A DNA stretch of 64,000 nucleotides from Candidatus Dormiibacterota bacterium (GCA_963718525.1 OY970355.1:256001-320000), one strand, 5' to 3'. Shown: positions 28,660-39,578, numbered from the stretch's first letter. The notes: generated by a model from the sequence alone, not told the origin. Made by a program: numbers and translations.

Positions 28660-29034
28660 ATGTCCGACGAGTCTTCTCGCTCCGCCCGGCCTTACGGCCA
28701 GCGACGTAACGACGGCGCCCCTACGTGGTGGGCGGCGCTCGAGCGAGCAGACCTCCCCGACAGCGAGCTCGTCCCGGCCGCGCATCGGCGCTGGTACGAG
28801 GACGCCCATCCCGTAGCTCCGATGGTGGAGATCGCGGGCCGCGCTGGGCGAACACCGAAGCGTCGAGGCTTGCTGATAGGCCTGCTCATTGCGCTGGCCA
28901 TCGCCGTGGTGCTGGCCAGCGCATGGGCCGTTGACATCTCGGACCTGGACGTCTTCTTCGTGACCCTCCTGATCGCGATCCCGGTTGGACTGGCCGCAAC
29001 CGTCACGATCATCATGGCCCGACGGAGCGGCTGA
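28660..29034 (+). CDS. Hypothetical membrane protein (2 C-terminal TMs)
   Basis: ATG 28660 after GAGG; two hydrophobic segments. Confidence 0.6.
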   Translation: MSDESSRSARPYGQRRNDGAPTWWAALERADLPDSELVPAAHRRWYEDAHPVAPMVEIAGRAGRTPKRRGLLIGLLIALAIAVVLASAWAVDISDLDVFFVTLLIAIPVGLAATVTIIMARRSG

Positions 29035-29062
29035 CCGCGCCCTCGGCACTGTCGGGAGTGGC

Positions 29063-29965
29063 GTGAGCGGAGACAGGCCAAAGCGCGGGAATCGTCCCGG
29101 GCGGCCGCGCCGACCGCATCTCGACCCGATACCGGGGCTCGCGCTGCCCGCCGAGGACGACGAAACGGCAGCAGCGCCGTCACTCCGGGCCCGATTCGAG
29201 GCGGCGATGGCACCCGGCCCCCTGGACGGCGTCGCCGCCAGGGACGCCGAGGTGGCCCGCGCGCTCGTCGAGGCACCCATCGAACGCATCGCCGAGGTCG
29301 TCTACGGCAGCAACGCGGTCTTCCTCATCGAGCTCGGCGCGCCGGACCCCGCGATCCCGACTGAGCCACTGCGTGCCGTGTACAAACCGGCTCGCGGTGA
29401 GCGGCCGCTGTGGGACTTCCCGCGCCGCACGCTGTATCTGCGCGAGGTCGCCGCGTACATCGTCGATGCCGCCCTCGGCCTGCACCGCGTCCCCGTGACC
29501 GTGCTTCGCGACGGACCGATCGGGCCTGGGTCGGTGCAGCGCTTCGTGCATGTCCTCGAGGAGCCGCTGACGCAGGAGCGGGCCGAGAAACTCGACTCCC
29601 AGCTCCGCGCCGTTGCGGTCCTCGACGTGCTCATCAACAACGCCGACCGCAAGCGGACCCACCTGCTCGTCGTCAACGGTCCGAGCGTCAAGGCCATCGA
29701 CAACGCCCTGAGCTTCCTCCCCTATCCACGCCAGCGCACCGCGCTCCTCTCACTCGGGGGCTCGCAGCTCAACCCGAGGCTCGCCAAGCGGGTGCAGGAT
29801 CTCGCCAACGACGAGATCCGCATGTCCGCGCTGCGAACCAGGCTGCGCCGCCTGCTCAGCGAGGCGGAGGTGGACGCGTTCGGCCATCGCGTGGCCGAGC
29901 TTGCCAAGGATCCGACCTATCCCGTCCTCGACGCCTGGGATGGCCGCCCCTTCGAGTGGTGGTGA
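29063..29965 (+). CDS. SCO1664-like PI3/4-kinase-fold protein
   Basis: GSN, AVYKPARGERPLWDFP, REVAAY, GPGSVQ, DVLINNADRK, IDN. Confidence 0.85.
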   Translation: MSGDRPKRGNRPGRPRRPHLDPIPGLALPAEDDETAAAPSLRARFEAAMAPGPLDGVAARDAEVARALVEAPIERIAEVVYGSNAVFLIELGAPDPAIPTEPLRAVYKPARGERPLWDFPRRTLYLREVAAYIVDAALGLHRVPVTVLRDGPIGPGSVQRFVHVLEEPLTQERAEKLDSQLRAVAVLDVLINNADRKRTHLLVVNGPSVKAIDNALSFLPYPRQRTALLSLGGSQLNPRLAKRVQDLANDEIRMSALRTRLRRLLSEAEVDAFGHRVAELAKDPTYPVLDAWDGRPFEWW

Positions 29966-29966
29966 G

Positions 29967-29994
29967 GCGACCCGCCGAAACCGGCGGGCCGCCT
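29967..29994. terminator. GC-rich hairpin between convergent genes
   Basis: GGCGACCCGCCG-AAAC-CGGCGGGCCGCC. Confidence 0.55.
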
Positions 29995-30020
29995 TGAGGG
30001 GGGAGGAAGGAAGGGAGCGG

Positions 30021-30305
30021 TCAGCCCGTGGTGCTGGACGAGCCCATGTTCGGGCACATGGTCGTCGAGGGCGTCTTGGTCGCCGGCGCCGTCGTTGACG
30101 GACTCGCGGTGGTGGCCGTCAGGGTCGCACCGCTTGACGCCGTGGTGGATGAGGCTGCGTGCGCAATCACGAAGCTGCCGACTCCCGTTCCGGCGAGCAA
30201 ACCGACCGAGAGCAGCGCTGTCGCCGCGATCTTGCGCATTCCCGTCCTGCGCTGTGCCGGCTCTTCCGGTGGCGGGGGCGGTGGGATGAACTGGTCGCCG
30301 TCCAT
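30021..30305 (-). CDS. Small exported Ser/Thr-rich protein with C-terminal CPNM
   Basis: Strong AAGGAGG SD, signal/TM segment ending AHA, low-complexity tail. Confidence 0.75.
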   Translation of the reverse strand: MDGDQFIPPPPPPEEPAQRRTGMRKIAATALLSVGLLAGTGVGSFVIAHAASSTTASSGATLTATTASPSTTAPATKTPSTTMCPNMGSSSTTG

Positions 30306-30373
30306 GGTGTGTGTACCTCCTTGTTGGACTGACGTTGACGTCGATCAGCGTCGCGCCCGGCGATCGGAACGGC

Positions 30374-30402
30374 GTGGGGGTGTTCTGGGAGATTGCTCAG
30401 AG
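30374..30402 (-). promoter_or_regulatory. Three 11-bp-period direct repeats (OmpR/MprA-like box)
   Basis: Minus strand CTCTGAG-N4-CTCCCAG-N4-CCCCCAC upstream of the 30021-30305 gene. Confidence 0.45.
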
Positions 30403-30431
30403 TTGTGGATGCCCGTGCGTCTGGCTGCCTT

Positions 30432-31382
30432 CTAGTCGCGCGCTTTGCGGGCCCGGCGTTTCCCCTCATGCATCGCTTGGACGCGCCCTATGGGGATGGC
30501 TCGGCCCTCTTCGATCAATGCCGCGCTGAGCGGCTGCGGCGCCGGCATTCGAGTCGCCCAGGGATCGCTGCTGCCGAGGCGCTGCGCCGCCGTGTGCACC
30601 GTGAAATCCGACGGCGAGACATGATCGAGCTCATCCCAGTCGAGAGGAAACGACACCGGCACGCCCGGTCGGATCCGCGGGCTGTACGCAGCCACAACCG
30701 TGGCGCCCCCCACCCGCGTCGCATCGACGAAGACCTTGCCGCCGCGTTCCTCTTTCATGAACGCGCTGGTCACGTTGTTCGGATCCAGCTCTTCGGCTCG
30801 AGCGGCGATTGCCCTCGTGGCCGCCGCGGCAGCCTCCATTGTCACGTCGCTCTCGATGGGCACGAACAGGTGCAGACCCTTTGCCCCACTCGTTTTGAGC
30901 GCAGCGGTCAGGCAGAGATCGAGCAGCACCTGTCGCACCGCGCGCGCCGCTCGCACAGCGTTGGGGAATGCGGATGCGCTGGGAGGATCGATGTCGAGCA
31001 CGAGGTGGGTCATGCGCTCCGGCAGGTCGATGCGCACGAGCGCCGGGTGATACTCGATCGATCGTTGATTCGCGAACCAGAGCAGCGTCCGGCGATCATT
31101 GCAGAGCGCATACGTCACGTCACGCTTCGACAACTCCGCCCAGAGCGTCACGCGGGGGATCCAGGGCGGCGCGTACGAGGGCAGGTTCTTCTGCATGAAG
31201 GCTTCATGGCCGCGGTGAGCGCGGATCACTGACAGGGGACGGTCCCGCAGGACGGGGACGATCCGATCGCCCACCATGTCCAGGTACTCGATGAGATCTC
31301 GTTTGGTTGCGCCGGCTGCGTCGAACAAGGGCTCATCAAGATTGGTGAGGGTCAGCCCCAGGGACTCAGCGTGTCCGGTCAT
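30432..31382 (-). CDS. Stand-alone LigD polymerase/primase (AEP) domain protein
   Basis: TKRDLIEY, RPLS, FMQKN, DIDP, KTSGAKGLH, GKVFVD, AAYSPR, VSFP. Confidence 0.9.
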   Translation of the reverse strand: MTGHAESLGLTLTNLDEPLFDAAGATKRDLIEYLDMVGDRIVPVLRDRPLSVIRAHRGHEAFMQKNLPSYAPPWIPRVTLWAELSKRDVTYALCNDRRTLLWFANQRSIEYHPALVRIDLPERMTHLVLDIDPPSASAFPNAVRAARAVRQVLLDLCLTAALKTSGAKGLHLFVPIESDVTMEAAAAATRAIAARAEELDPNNVTSAFMKEERGGKVFVDATRVGGATVVAAYSPRIRPGVPVSFPLDWDELDHVSPSDFTVHTAAQRLGSSDPWATRMPAPQPLSAALIEEGRAIPIGRVQAMHEGKRRARKARD

Positions 31383-31448
31383 GAACGGGGATAATGAGCC
31401 GTTGGACCGGAGGCGGTCATCACCCGCAAAGAGCTCTGACGTGGAGTG

Positions 31449-31524
<76 letters not shown>

Positions 31525-31564
31525 CCGTCGCGGCTCGCCGGGACAACCGTGGCCAGTATAAGGC

Positions 31565-31873
31565 TCAGTCCGAATCGTCCTCGGAGGTGAACATGAGGCT
31601 GTCCTGCACCTCGTAGAGGGCGTCCATCCATTCCGAGATCATCAGCTCATGGGGCGCACGGCCCACCAGGTGAGAGTCGTTGCTTACCAGTGCCACGGCT
31701 CTCCCAACCAGCTCGTACGGGACCTCGACCTCATCGGCGAGGTTGAGCTTCTCGAACTGGTCGATGAGCTCGTCGATATAGCGGATCTTCTGGCGCCGCG
31801 CATTGCGCGCTTCGCGCAGCGAAGTCCAGCGAGCTTCCAACTCGCCGATCTCCACGCAGGTCTCCTGGATCAT
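31565..31873 (-). CDS. Hypothetical acidic helical protein
   Basis: Coding-like composition and codon bias; no recognised motif. Confidence 0.6.
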   Translation of the reverse strand: MIQETCVEIGELEARWTSLREARNARRQKIRYIDELIDQFEKLNLADEVEVPYELVGRAVALVSNDSHLVGRAPHELMISEWMDALYEVQDSLMFTSEDDSD

Positions 31874-31923
31874 CGAGACACCACCCTCACACCACTCACT
31901 ACCCCTGTATTACGTTCCATCGT

Positions 31924-32694
31924 ATGTCGCAGCCTCGAGCGGGTCAAGAAGCGCGTTTTCCAGCCCTGCGCCTGATGCGCGTGGCCCGGACCCGCAGCAC
32001 CCAGGATGTCGTGCTCCGAGCTGCCCGAGAGGGCGCTGCAGAGGGGTTCACGTGCGTTGCGGCGGAGCAGACGGCGGGTCGAGGACGGCAGGGCCGCGCG
32101 TGGGTTGCGCCGGCAGGCTCAGCGCTGCTCGCGTCCGTGCTCCTGCGCCGCTCCGCTGCCGTGGCGGCAGGCATCCCATTCGCCGCAGGGCTGGCCCTCG
32201 TCGATGTGCTCGGAGCCGGCCACAGCATCGCCGCGGAACTCAAATGGCCCAACGACGTTCTCGTCGGGCGCCGCAAGCTCGCAGGGATCCTCGGCGAGGT
32301 GGAGCCGGCGGCGACGGATGGCCGGCGCGTCTGCATCGCGCTCGGCGTCGGGGTCAACCTTCGCGTGGACCAGTTCCCGGAGGGTCTGGAAGCCGTCAGC
32401 CTGCACACCCTCCTGCCGAGCCCGCCGGCGCCGGAAGAGCTCCTGGTGGCCTGGGGTGAGGCGCTCGGCGACCGGATCGCCGCTCTCGAGCAGGGCGGGA
32501 TCGGCGCGATCCTCGACGACTGGCGCCGACACGCGGTCGGGCTGGGCGATCCTGTCTCCGTGGAGGGTGCGGCCGGGATCATCGACGGGGTGGCGATCGG
32601 CGTCGCCGACGACGGCGCGCTCCTCGTCGAGGCGTCAGGTCAGACGCACCGTTTCCTGGCCGGGGATGTGCATCTCAAGACCGTCGCCCGCTGA
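31924..32694 (+). CDS. birA: Biotin--protein ligase (no HTH)
   Basis: STQ, QTAGRGRQGRAW, KWPND, KLAGIL, GVGVN, AGDV. Confidence 0.93.
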   Translation: MSQPRAGQEARFPALRLMRVARTRSTQDVVLRAAREGAAEGFTCVAAEQTAGRGRQGRAWVAPAGSALLASVLLRRSAAVAAGIPFAAGLALVDVLGAGHSIAAELKWPNDVLVGRRKLAGILGEVEPAATDGRRVCIALGVGVNLRVDQFPEGLEAVSLHTLLPSPPAPEELLVAWGEALGDRIAALEQGGIGAILDDWRRHAVGLGDPVSVEGAAGIIDGVAIGVADDGALLVEASGQTHRFLAGDVHLKTVAR

Positions 32695-32713
32695 TGGGCA
32701 TGGTGGTGCCGAG

Positions 32714-33208
32714 CTAGGCGGCGGGAGACGGGGTCGCAGACGCTGAGGGTGACGCGCCGGCTGAGGTGGACGCGGACGGTGTGGATGCGGCCGCCGACCC
32801 GGTGACCTTGATCACTCCCTTCATGTTGGGAGCGTGGATGGTGCACAGGTAGTTGTACGTGCCGGGCTGAGTGAACTTGACCTCCCACGTGGCTCCCGGA
32901 GCGAGCGTGTTATCCGTGAGGCACGCGTCGTTGTTGTCCTGAAACGTGACCGTGTGCACCACGGAGCCGGTGTTCTTGAACTCGATGATGTCACCGGTCG
33001 CCGCGCTCGACGTGTCGGGAACGAACACCAGGTTGTCCGTCGCCTGAATCGTCATCGTGGGAGCCCCGAGCGAGCTCACGGCGGCACTCCCGTTGCAGGC
33101 GGCGGGAGGTCCACTGGAACCGCCACCCGGTTGACCGTTGCCACAAGCGAACATCCCGATGGCGACACACACTCCCAAGCCGACCGCGAGCGTGCGCAGA
33201 TGAGTCAT
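32714..33208 (-). CDS. Plastocyanin/azurin-like cupredoxin lipoprotein
   Basis: Lipobox-like MFAC, HTVTF, YNYLCTIHAPNMKG type-1 copper site. Confidence 0.88.
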   Translation of the reverse strand: MTHLRTLAVGLGVCVAIGMFACGNGQPGGGSSGPPAACNGSAAVSSLGAPTMTIQATDNLVFVPDTSSAATGDIIEFKNTGSVVHTVTFQDNNDACLTDNTLAPGATWEVKFTQPGTYNYLCTIHAPNMKGVIKVTGSAAASTPSASTSAGASPSASATPSPAA

Positions 33209-33260
33209 GTGCATGGCCACGGGCATGTTAAGGGATGCGTTCGCCGGCACGCCTCGGCCC

Positions 33261-34112
33261 TCACTGCAGGGGCAGGGCCTCTGCGATCCGATCTGCCGCC
33301 AGCTCCTCGTCCCTGCCCGGGTCGGAGAACAGGCGCATGAACACGACGAGGATCGCGATGAAGTACACGATGTTCCCGACACCGAGCATGATCACGCCGC
33401 CGTACTGCTGATCGGTGAGCGCGGAGACACCCCACAGGCGTGGCGCCTGCTGGTAGAAGCTGTAGAGCGGCGTGGACGCCAGGGCGAACACGATGCCGAG
33501 AACGGTCGGTGGGATCCCCGCGATGCTCAGCGCGGCGATCTTGGTGAGCGGGCTCACCGTCACCGTGTGCTCGTCTCGGATCGGGTCGACCACGGCCCAC
33601 CAGACGATGAGCCCGACGAGGATGAAGCTGAGGTGCTCGACGATGTGCACGGGCACCGTGGTCAGCGTTGTGTCATACAGCGAGGGGACGTGCCACAGGA
33701 GGAGCACAGCGTTGAAGAGGAGCACGGCCGGCCAGGGGCGCGTGAGCGCCCACCAGATCGAGCGCAGCGTGGTGTGACGCTCGCGCGGTGATGGCCGTGC
33801 CCCGGCGATGCCGAGGAGCAACAGTGGCGGCGCCACCATCATCAGCAGCATGTGCTGGACCATGTGGAGCGAGAACAGGTAGTCGTCCCCGCCTCGGTCG
33901 ATCGGCAACTCCAGCGCGATGAACGTGATCAGGAGTCCGGTGAAGAACAGCACCGGTCGCAACCGCGGATGGCGGAACCACGGGGTCACATCGTCGTCCG
34001 GCCCGATCGTGCCGCGGCGCATCGCGATGATGTAGCCGGCGGCCACCGCTACCAGGCCGCAGATGACGGTGGGATCCCACGTCCAGTCGCCGAACCCCAG
34101 GTGTGCCGTCAG
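33261..34112 (-). CDS. ctaG: Cytochrome c oxidase assembly protein (Caa3_CtaG)
   Basis: WTWDP, FSLHMVQH, WHVP.LYD, HIVEH, DQQYGGVIM. Probable CTG start at 34112. Confidence 0.88.
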   Translation of the reverse strand: MTAHLGFGDWTWDPTVICGLVAVAAGYIIAMRRGTIGPDDDVTPWFRHPRLRPVLFFTGLLITFIALELPIDRGGDDYLFSLHMVQHMLLMMVAPPLLLLGIAGARPSPRERHTTLRSIWWALTRPWPAVLLFNAVLLLWHVPSLYDTTLTTVPVHIVEHLSFILVGLIVWWAVVDPIRDEHTVTVSPLTKIAALSIAGIPPTVLGIVFALASTPLYSFYQQAPRLWGVSALTDQQYGGVIMLGVGNIVYFIAILVVFMRLFSDPGRDEELAADRIAEALPLQ

Positions 34113-34375
34113 TGCCCTCCATCCTCCGGGAGCTCGAGATATTCATTCCTCGCCCCGCGAGCCCAGAAGAAACACGAGACGATGAGGTAGAGCAACCCGA
34201 TCCCCCACATCGCCGGTCCGACGACGGCGCGGATGTCGGTGAGGAACCCGGTCAGCGTGATCGCGAGTGCCAGGGCGATGTTGATGGGAACGAAGCTCGG
34301 GGGCGGCAGGTGCGGCGTGGCGTGCTCGTGATCACCGTCCTCATCGGTTGCCGTCGCCACCGCGTCGTCGCTCAC
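34109..34375 (-). CDS. Cytochrome c oxidase small subunit (subunit IV / subunit III N-terminal-like, 2 TM)
   Basis: HLPPPSFVP followed by two TMs; oxidase operon context. Confidence 0.7.
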   Translation of the reverse strand: MSDDAVATATDEDGDHEHATPHLPPPSFVPINIALALAITLTGFLTDIRAVVGPAMWGIGLLYLIVSCFFWARGARNEYLELPEDGGH

Positions 34376-34385
34376 TGCATGCGCC

Positions 34386-34505
34386 TCACTTGGTCACGGC
34401 GAGGAAGATCGCCGCCCAGACAAAGGCCGCGCCCATGAGGATGAACAGCATGATGAACATCGCGACACCCATGCGCATGTTCCTGCGGGCGAGCTTTCGG
34501 TTCAC
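34386..34505 (-). CDS. 39-aa single-TM microprotein MNRKLARRNMRMGVAMFIMLFILMGAAFVWAAIFLAVTK
   Basis: Hand-translated; GAGGAGG SD before GTG; fills the gap between ctaB and the next gene. Confidence 0.75.
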   Translation of the reverse strand: MNRKLARRNMRMGVAMFIMLFILMGAAFVWAAIFLAVTK

Positions 34506-34518
34506 CGGCGCGTCCTCC

Positions 34519-35423
<905 letters not shown>

Positions 35424-35427
<4 letters not shown>

Positions 35428-36413
35428 GACTGCGTGACCTTCGCCTGCGGCCGCAGCGCGTCACCGCGTTGCGGTGCCGCCGCCGGTACGGGCTGATTGA
35501 TCGGGAGGGTGCTCACGACAGCGACGAGGACCACAGACCCCCAGAGCAGGGAGGCGAGCGCGATGTGGAGACCGCGCACCCACGCGGGGAGGCCGAGGAG
35601 CACGACCAGGGCGCCCGCCGCCACCTGCAGGACGAGCAACAGGTTGACCGCCATCACGCCGATCCGGACCACGCGGTCGCCACGACGCCGGCGCGCGATG
35701 ACGGCCATGAGGCCGCCGAGGATCAGGACGACGACGAGCGCCACGAGGCGATGCGCGACGTTGATGGTCGCCGCCTGGCCCTCCGGCAATGAGAACCCGC
35801 TGCCGCAGAGTGGCCAGCTGGTGCACCCACCTCCGGAGCCGGTCTCGACGACGAACGCGCCGCTCAAGGCCACGAGGTAGGTGGCGACGACCGTGATGAT
35901 CACGGGCCGCCTCACCGAGGGTGCGAGCGCGGCCGACAGGCTGGGGCTGCGCCCCCGGGTTCCCACCGTGCACGCGACCACCGCGACGTAGATCAGCACC
36001 GCGAACAGCAGCAGCGCATTGGCCAGATGAATCATCACGACACCGCCGGGGAGGTTGTACTCAACGGCGAGCGCGCCGAGCGCGATTTGCACGACGAACA
36101 GCGCCGCGGCGATGCTGGTGCCGACCAGGATCCTGCGCTGATGCCGGTGCCAGACCCACGTCGCCACCGTGAGGATGATCACGAGCAGCGTGCAGATCGA
36201 GGCGATCCAACGGTGGGTGAACTCGATGAGCGTGTTGATCTGCCACGCCGGCAGCAGCGAGCCGTGGCACAGCGGCCACTGGTCGGTGGTCCCGCAGCCG
36301 TTGCCGCTGCCGCTGACACGCACGATCCCGCCCCAGACGATGAGCAGGTACGTCAGCACCGCCGTCCATACCGCGAGGCGGCGGAACCCTGCAGACGGCC
36401 GCGCGGGAATCAC
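35424..36413 (-). CDS. ctaA: Heme A synthase (COX15/CtaA)
   Basis: GSGNGC..WPLCHG, EFTHR, second GC.SWPLC, HR, H. Start placed at GTG 36413. Confidence 0.9.
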
Positions 36414-36426
36414 ACCGCCACCGGCG

Positions 36427-38118
36427 TTACGCGGGGGCTCCCGACGCAGCCTTCTTGCGCGCGAGCCGCCGGTCCCGAACCGGACGGAGGCTGAGCACCT
36501 CCTGCTCCTCGTCGAAGTTCCACGCGGGCGGTGGTGAGGTCGTCGCCCACTCGAGGGTGTTGCCCTCCCATGGATCATCCGGGGCGGTCTTGGGTGCCCG
36601 GATGCTGATCACGAAATTGATCATGAACACCGTGACCGAGATCGCGATCACAAAGGCGCCGAAGGTGATCAGCGAGTTCAGGTCACCCCAGCCGCGATTG
36701 TCGAGGTAGGTCGCGATCCGCCGCGGCATGCCGAGCAGGCCGAGCGCATGCATCGGCAGGAAGGTCAGGTTGATACCGATGAACATCAACCAGAAGTGCA
36801 GCTTGCCGAGCTTCTCGTTGAGGAAGCGACCGGTCACCTTCGGGAACCAGTAGTAAAAGGCTGCGAACACTCCCATGACGCTGCCGCCGAACAGCACGTA
36901 ATGGATATGAGCCACAACCCAGTAGGTGCCGTGCACGAGACGGTCGACCGCGAGGCTGCCGAGGTAGACGCCGTCAATACCACCGATCAGGAACATCAAT
37001 AAGAAGCCGCACGCGAAGAGCATGGGCGTGTCGTACTTGATGCTCCCTCCCCACATCGTGGCAAGCCAGCTGAAAATCTTCACCCCGGTCGGCACACCGA
37101 TGACGAAGGTCGTGAAGGCGAAGAACGTCTGCACCACCAGCGGGAGCCCGGTGACGAACATGTGGTGCACGAACACGATGAAGCCGAGCACGGCGATCGC
37201 CGCGATGGATGCGGCCATTGCCTTGTAGCCAAAGATGGGCTTGCGGCTGAATACAGGGATGATCTCGCTGATGATCCCGAAGGCCGGCAGGATCATGATG
37301 TAGACCGCCGGGTGCGAGTAGAACCAGAACACGAACTGGTAGAGCAGTGCGCTCCCGCCGTTGACCGGGTCGAAGAAGTTGGTGCCAATCTGGCGGTCGA
37401 GCAGGTTCATCGCCAACCCTGAGGCGAGGAACGGAGACGCGAGCACCACCAGCGCCGCAGTGATCTCCTGCGCCCAGACGAACAGCGGGAGCCGTCCCCA
37501 CGTCATGCCCTTCGCACGCATGTTGTGGATGGTCGCCAGGAAGTTGATGCCGCCGAGCATCGATGAGATGCCGACGAGGTGCAGTCCGATGATCCACAGG
37601 TCCTGCCCCATGCTGCAGCTGTAATGACTGCCCGTGAGCGGCACGTACCCGGTCCACCCCGCGTCACCCGGTCCGCCTGGGCACAGCAACCCCGCATGCG
37701 TGGTCGCGGGAACCAGGAAGCCGGAGTACATCACCAGGCCACCGAGCGGCAGCAGCCAGAAGGAGAGTGCGTTGATGCGTGGAAACGCCATGTCGCGAGC
37801 GCCGATCATCAGCGGGACCATGTAGTTTCCGAAGCCGGCCCACACCGGGATGATCCACAGGAAGATCATCGTCGTCCCGTGCATCGTGAAGATCTGGTTG
37901 TACTGCTCGGGCGTCAGGAACGTGTTCTGCGGCTCAGCGAGCTGGATCCGGATCAGCAGCGCCATGACCCCGCCGACCAGGAAGAAGAAGAACGTCAGGA
38001 ACAGGTACATGACCGCGATCTTCTTGTGGTCGACAGTGGTCATCCAGCCGAGGATGCCCTTCGACTTGTCGACGCGCGCGAAACGTGCCCGTGGAAGCGT
38101 CGCGTCCATGACCGCCAT
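36427..38118 (-). CDS. ctaD: Cytochrome c oxidase subunit I (type A2)
   Basis: TVDHKKI, TMHGT, DMAFPR, WFYSHPAVY, VHH, AHIHY, GMPRR. The YSHPxVY motif marks A2. Confidence 0.96.
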   Translation of the reverse strand: MAVMDATLPRARFARVDKSKGILGWMTTVDHKKIAVMYLFLTFFFFLVGGVMALLIRIQLAEPQNTFLTPEQYNQIFTMHGTTMIFLWIIPVWAGFGNYMVPLMIGARDMAFPRINALSFWLLPLGGLVMYSGFLVPATTHAGLLCPGGPGDAGWTGYVPLTGSHYSCSMGQDLWIIGLHLVGISSMLGGINFLATIHNMRAKGMTWGRLPLFVWAQEITAALVVLASPFLASGLAMNLLDRQIGTNFFDPVNGGSALLYQFVFWFYSHPAVYIMILPAFGIISEIIPVFSRKPIFGYKAMAASIAAIAVLGFIVFVHHMFVTGLPLVVQTFFAFTTFVIGVPTGVKIFSWLATMWGGSIKYDTPMLFACGFLLMFLIGGIDGVYLGSLAVDRLVHGTYWVVAHIHYVLFGGSVMGVFAAFYYWFPKVTGRFLNEKLGKLHFWLMFIGINLTFLPMHALGLLGMPRRIATYLDNRGWGDLNSLITFGAFVIAISVTVFMINFVISIRAPKTAPDDPWEGNTLEWATTSPPPAWNFDEEQEVLSLRPVRDRRLARKKAASGAPA

Positions 38119-38912
38119 CAAGATCCTCCGAGGGTGCACGACTTGCTAGTCGGATCGATCGAACCGCTGGGATTACCGAAGACGCACGACTGGAACTGGT
38201 TCATCGGCAGCGCGATGACGACGAACGTCATGGTTGCATGACCGACACCGCAGAGCTCGGTGCACTGCCCGTAATACGTTCCTTGACGGGCCTGGATCGG
38301 AGCCGTGTTGACGTCACCGGGGATGGCGTTCATCTGCTGACCAAGCGACGGTGCGAAGAAGCTGTGATTGACTCCGCATCCCTCGCTGGAGATGGCCGCC
38401 GCGAGCGTGCTTCCCGACGGCACCGAGGGACTCACGTTGCACGGTGGATCAGTGGAAACGATGTTGAGCCCGACGTCGGTGTCGGCCGGCACGTACAGTG
38501 TGCCGAAGCTGCGGATTCGCGCGCCGGTCGAGCTCGCTCCATAGTCGAATGTCCAGCTGAACTGCTGACCGATCACCGTCACCGTGTATTGCGTTCCGGC
38601 GTGAACATTGTTGATGAAGGGCATGTTCGCCGCGGTGAGCCCGAAGAGCGAAAGAAACGTCGCCAGTGGCACGAGCGTCCAGGCGATCTCCAGCCGCGTG
38701 TTGCCATGGAACTGCGGTGGATCGTCAGCGTCACTGCGACGCCGGAACCGCACGAATGCGTAGAGGAGCAGCCCGGTCACGATGACGCCGAGCACAACCG
38801 ACGCCCAGAACACCGCGGTGTAGACGCCGAGCGCCCGGTCGCTGATCGTGCCACCATCGCCGAACGCACCGGCGTTGTTGACGCAACAGGTGGACTGTGC
38901 GAGCACGTTCAT
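38118..38912 (-). CDS. ctaC: Cytochrome c oxidase subunit II (CuA, no fused heme c)
   Basis: HGNTRLEIAWT, QFSW, HSF, CTELCGVGHATM. Confidence 0.93.
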   Translation of the reverse strand: MNVLAQSTCCVNNAGAFGDGGTISDRALGVYTAVFWASVVLGVIVTGLLLYAFVRFRRRSDADDPPQFHGNTRLEIAWTLVPLATFLSLFGLTAANMPFINNVHAGTQYTVTVIGQQFSWTFDYGASSTGARIRSFGTLYVPADTDVGLNIVSTDPPCNVSPSVPSGSTLAAAISSEGCGVNHSFFAPSLGQQMNAIPGDVNTAPIQARQGTYYGQCTELCGVGHATMTFVVIALPMNQFQSCVFGNPSGSIDPTSKSCTLGGS

Positions 38913-38991
38913 CCGCGACGCAGGATGATCGCATAGCGGCCTTCAGCCGGGCAATCGGGGCCTGCCGAGGCCCTGTGGAGCATGCGCCGGA

Positions 38992-39192
38992 TCACCGCTG
39001 CCATATCTTCGTCTTGGTGTTGATCTGACGTTTGACAAGCTCGGTGATGTCCGTGTTGATGAGGGCCGCTCGATCCCACGATCCACGATTTCCCGGTGGT
39101 ACCGAAGGATCCGGCAGCACCTCGCCTGTGGCCGCGGATCGTTGCCGGCGCCTGAGCCGTGCGAGCAGTGATTTCCGACCCTCCGAGCTCAC
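38992..39192 (-). CDS. Hypothetical 66-aa basic protein
   Basis: GTGA overlap with the upstream gene; last of the co-oriented run before the ctaC gap. Confidence 0.55.
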   Translation of the reverse strand: MSSEGRKSLLARLRRRQRSAATGEVLPDPSVPPGNRGSWDRAALINTDITELVKRQINTKTKIWQR

Positions 39193-39578
39193 AGCCGGAA
39201 CATCGTGCGCTGTGCCGCCCGCTCCGGGTCGCCCGCGGCGAGGGCGACGGCGCTCTGATAGGCGTCGATGAACGAACTGGCCCAGATGAAGAGGCCGGCG
39301 AGGAACAGGCCGAGGAACACGAACACCGAGACCAGTGCGATGAGCAGGAAGAGTGCCCCTGAGCCGTGGGTGAGCAGCGTGTGACCCACCGACTGCCCGG
39401 CCATGATCAGGAGCACCGCGGGACCGATGGTGAACACGGTCCGAAGCAGGTAGTACAGGGCTTTGCGGGGATGCCCGGTGTAGAGCTGGCCCAGTCCTGG
39501 AACGATTGACAGTCCCACGGCGAGACCGGGATGTGGCCGGCGCAGAGGGCTGACCCCTCCCGCGTCAGACGCCATCAC
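39189..39578 (-). CDS. Membrane protein (PGLGQLY motif)
   Basis: LSIVPGLGQLYTG, about 3 TMs, W.S.IDAY. Confidence 0.75.
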   Translation of the reverse strand: MMASDAGGVSPLRRPHPGLAVGLSIVPGLGQLYTGHPRKALYYLLRTVFTIGPAVLLIMAGQSVGHTLLTHGSGALFLLIALVSVFVFLGLFLAGLFIWASSFIDAYQSAVALAAGDPERAAQRTMFRL

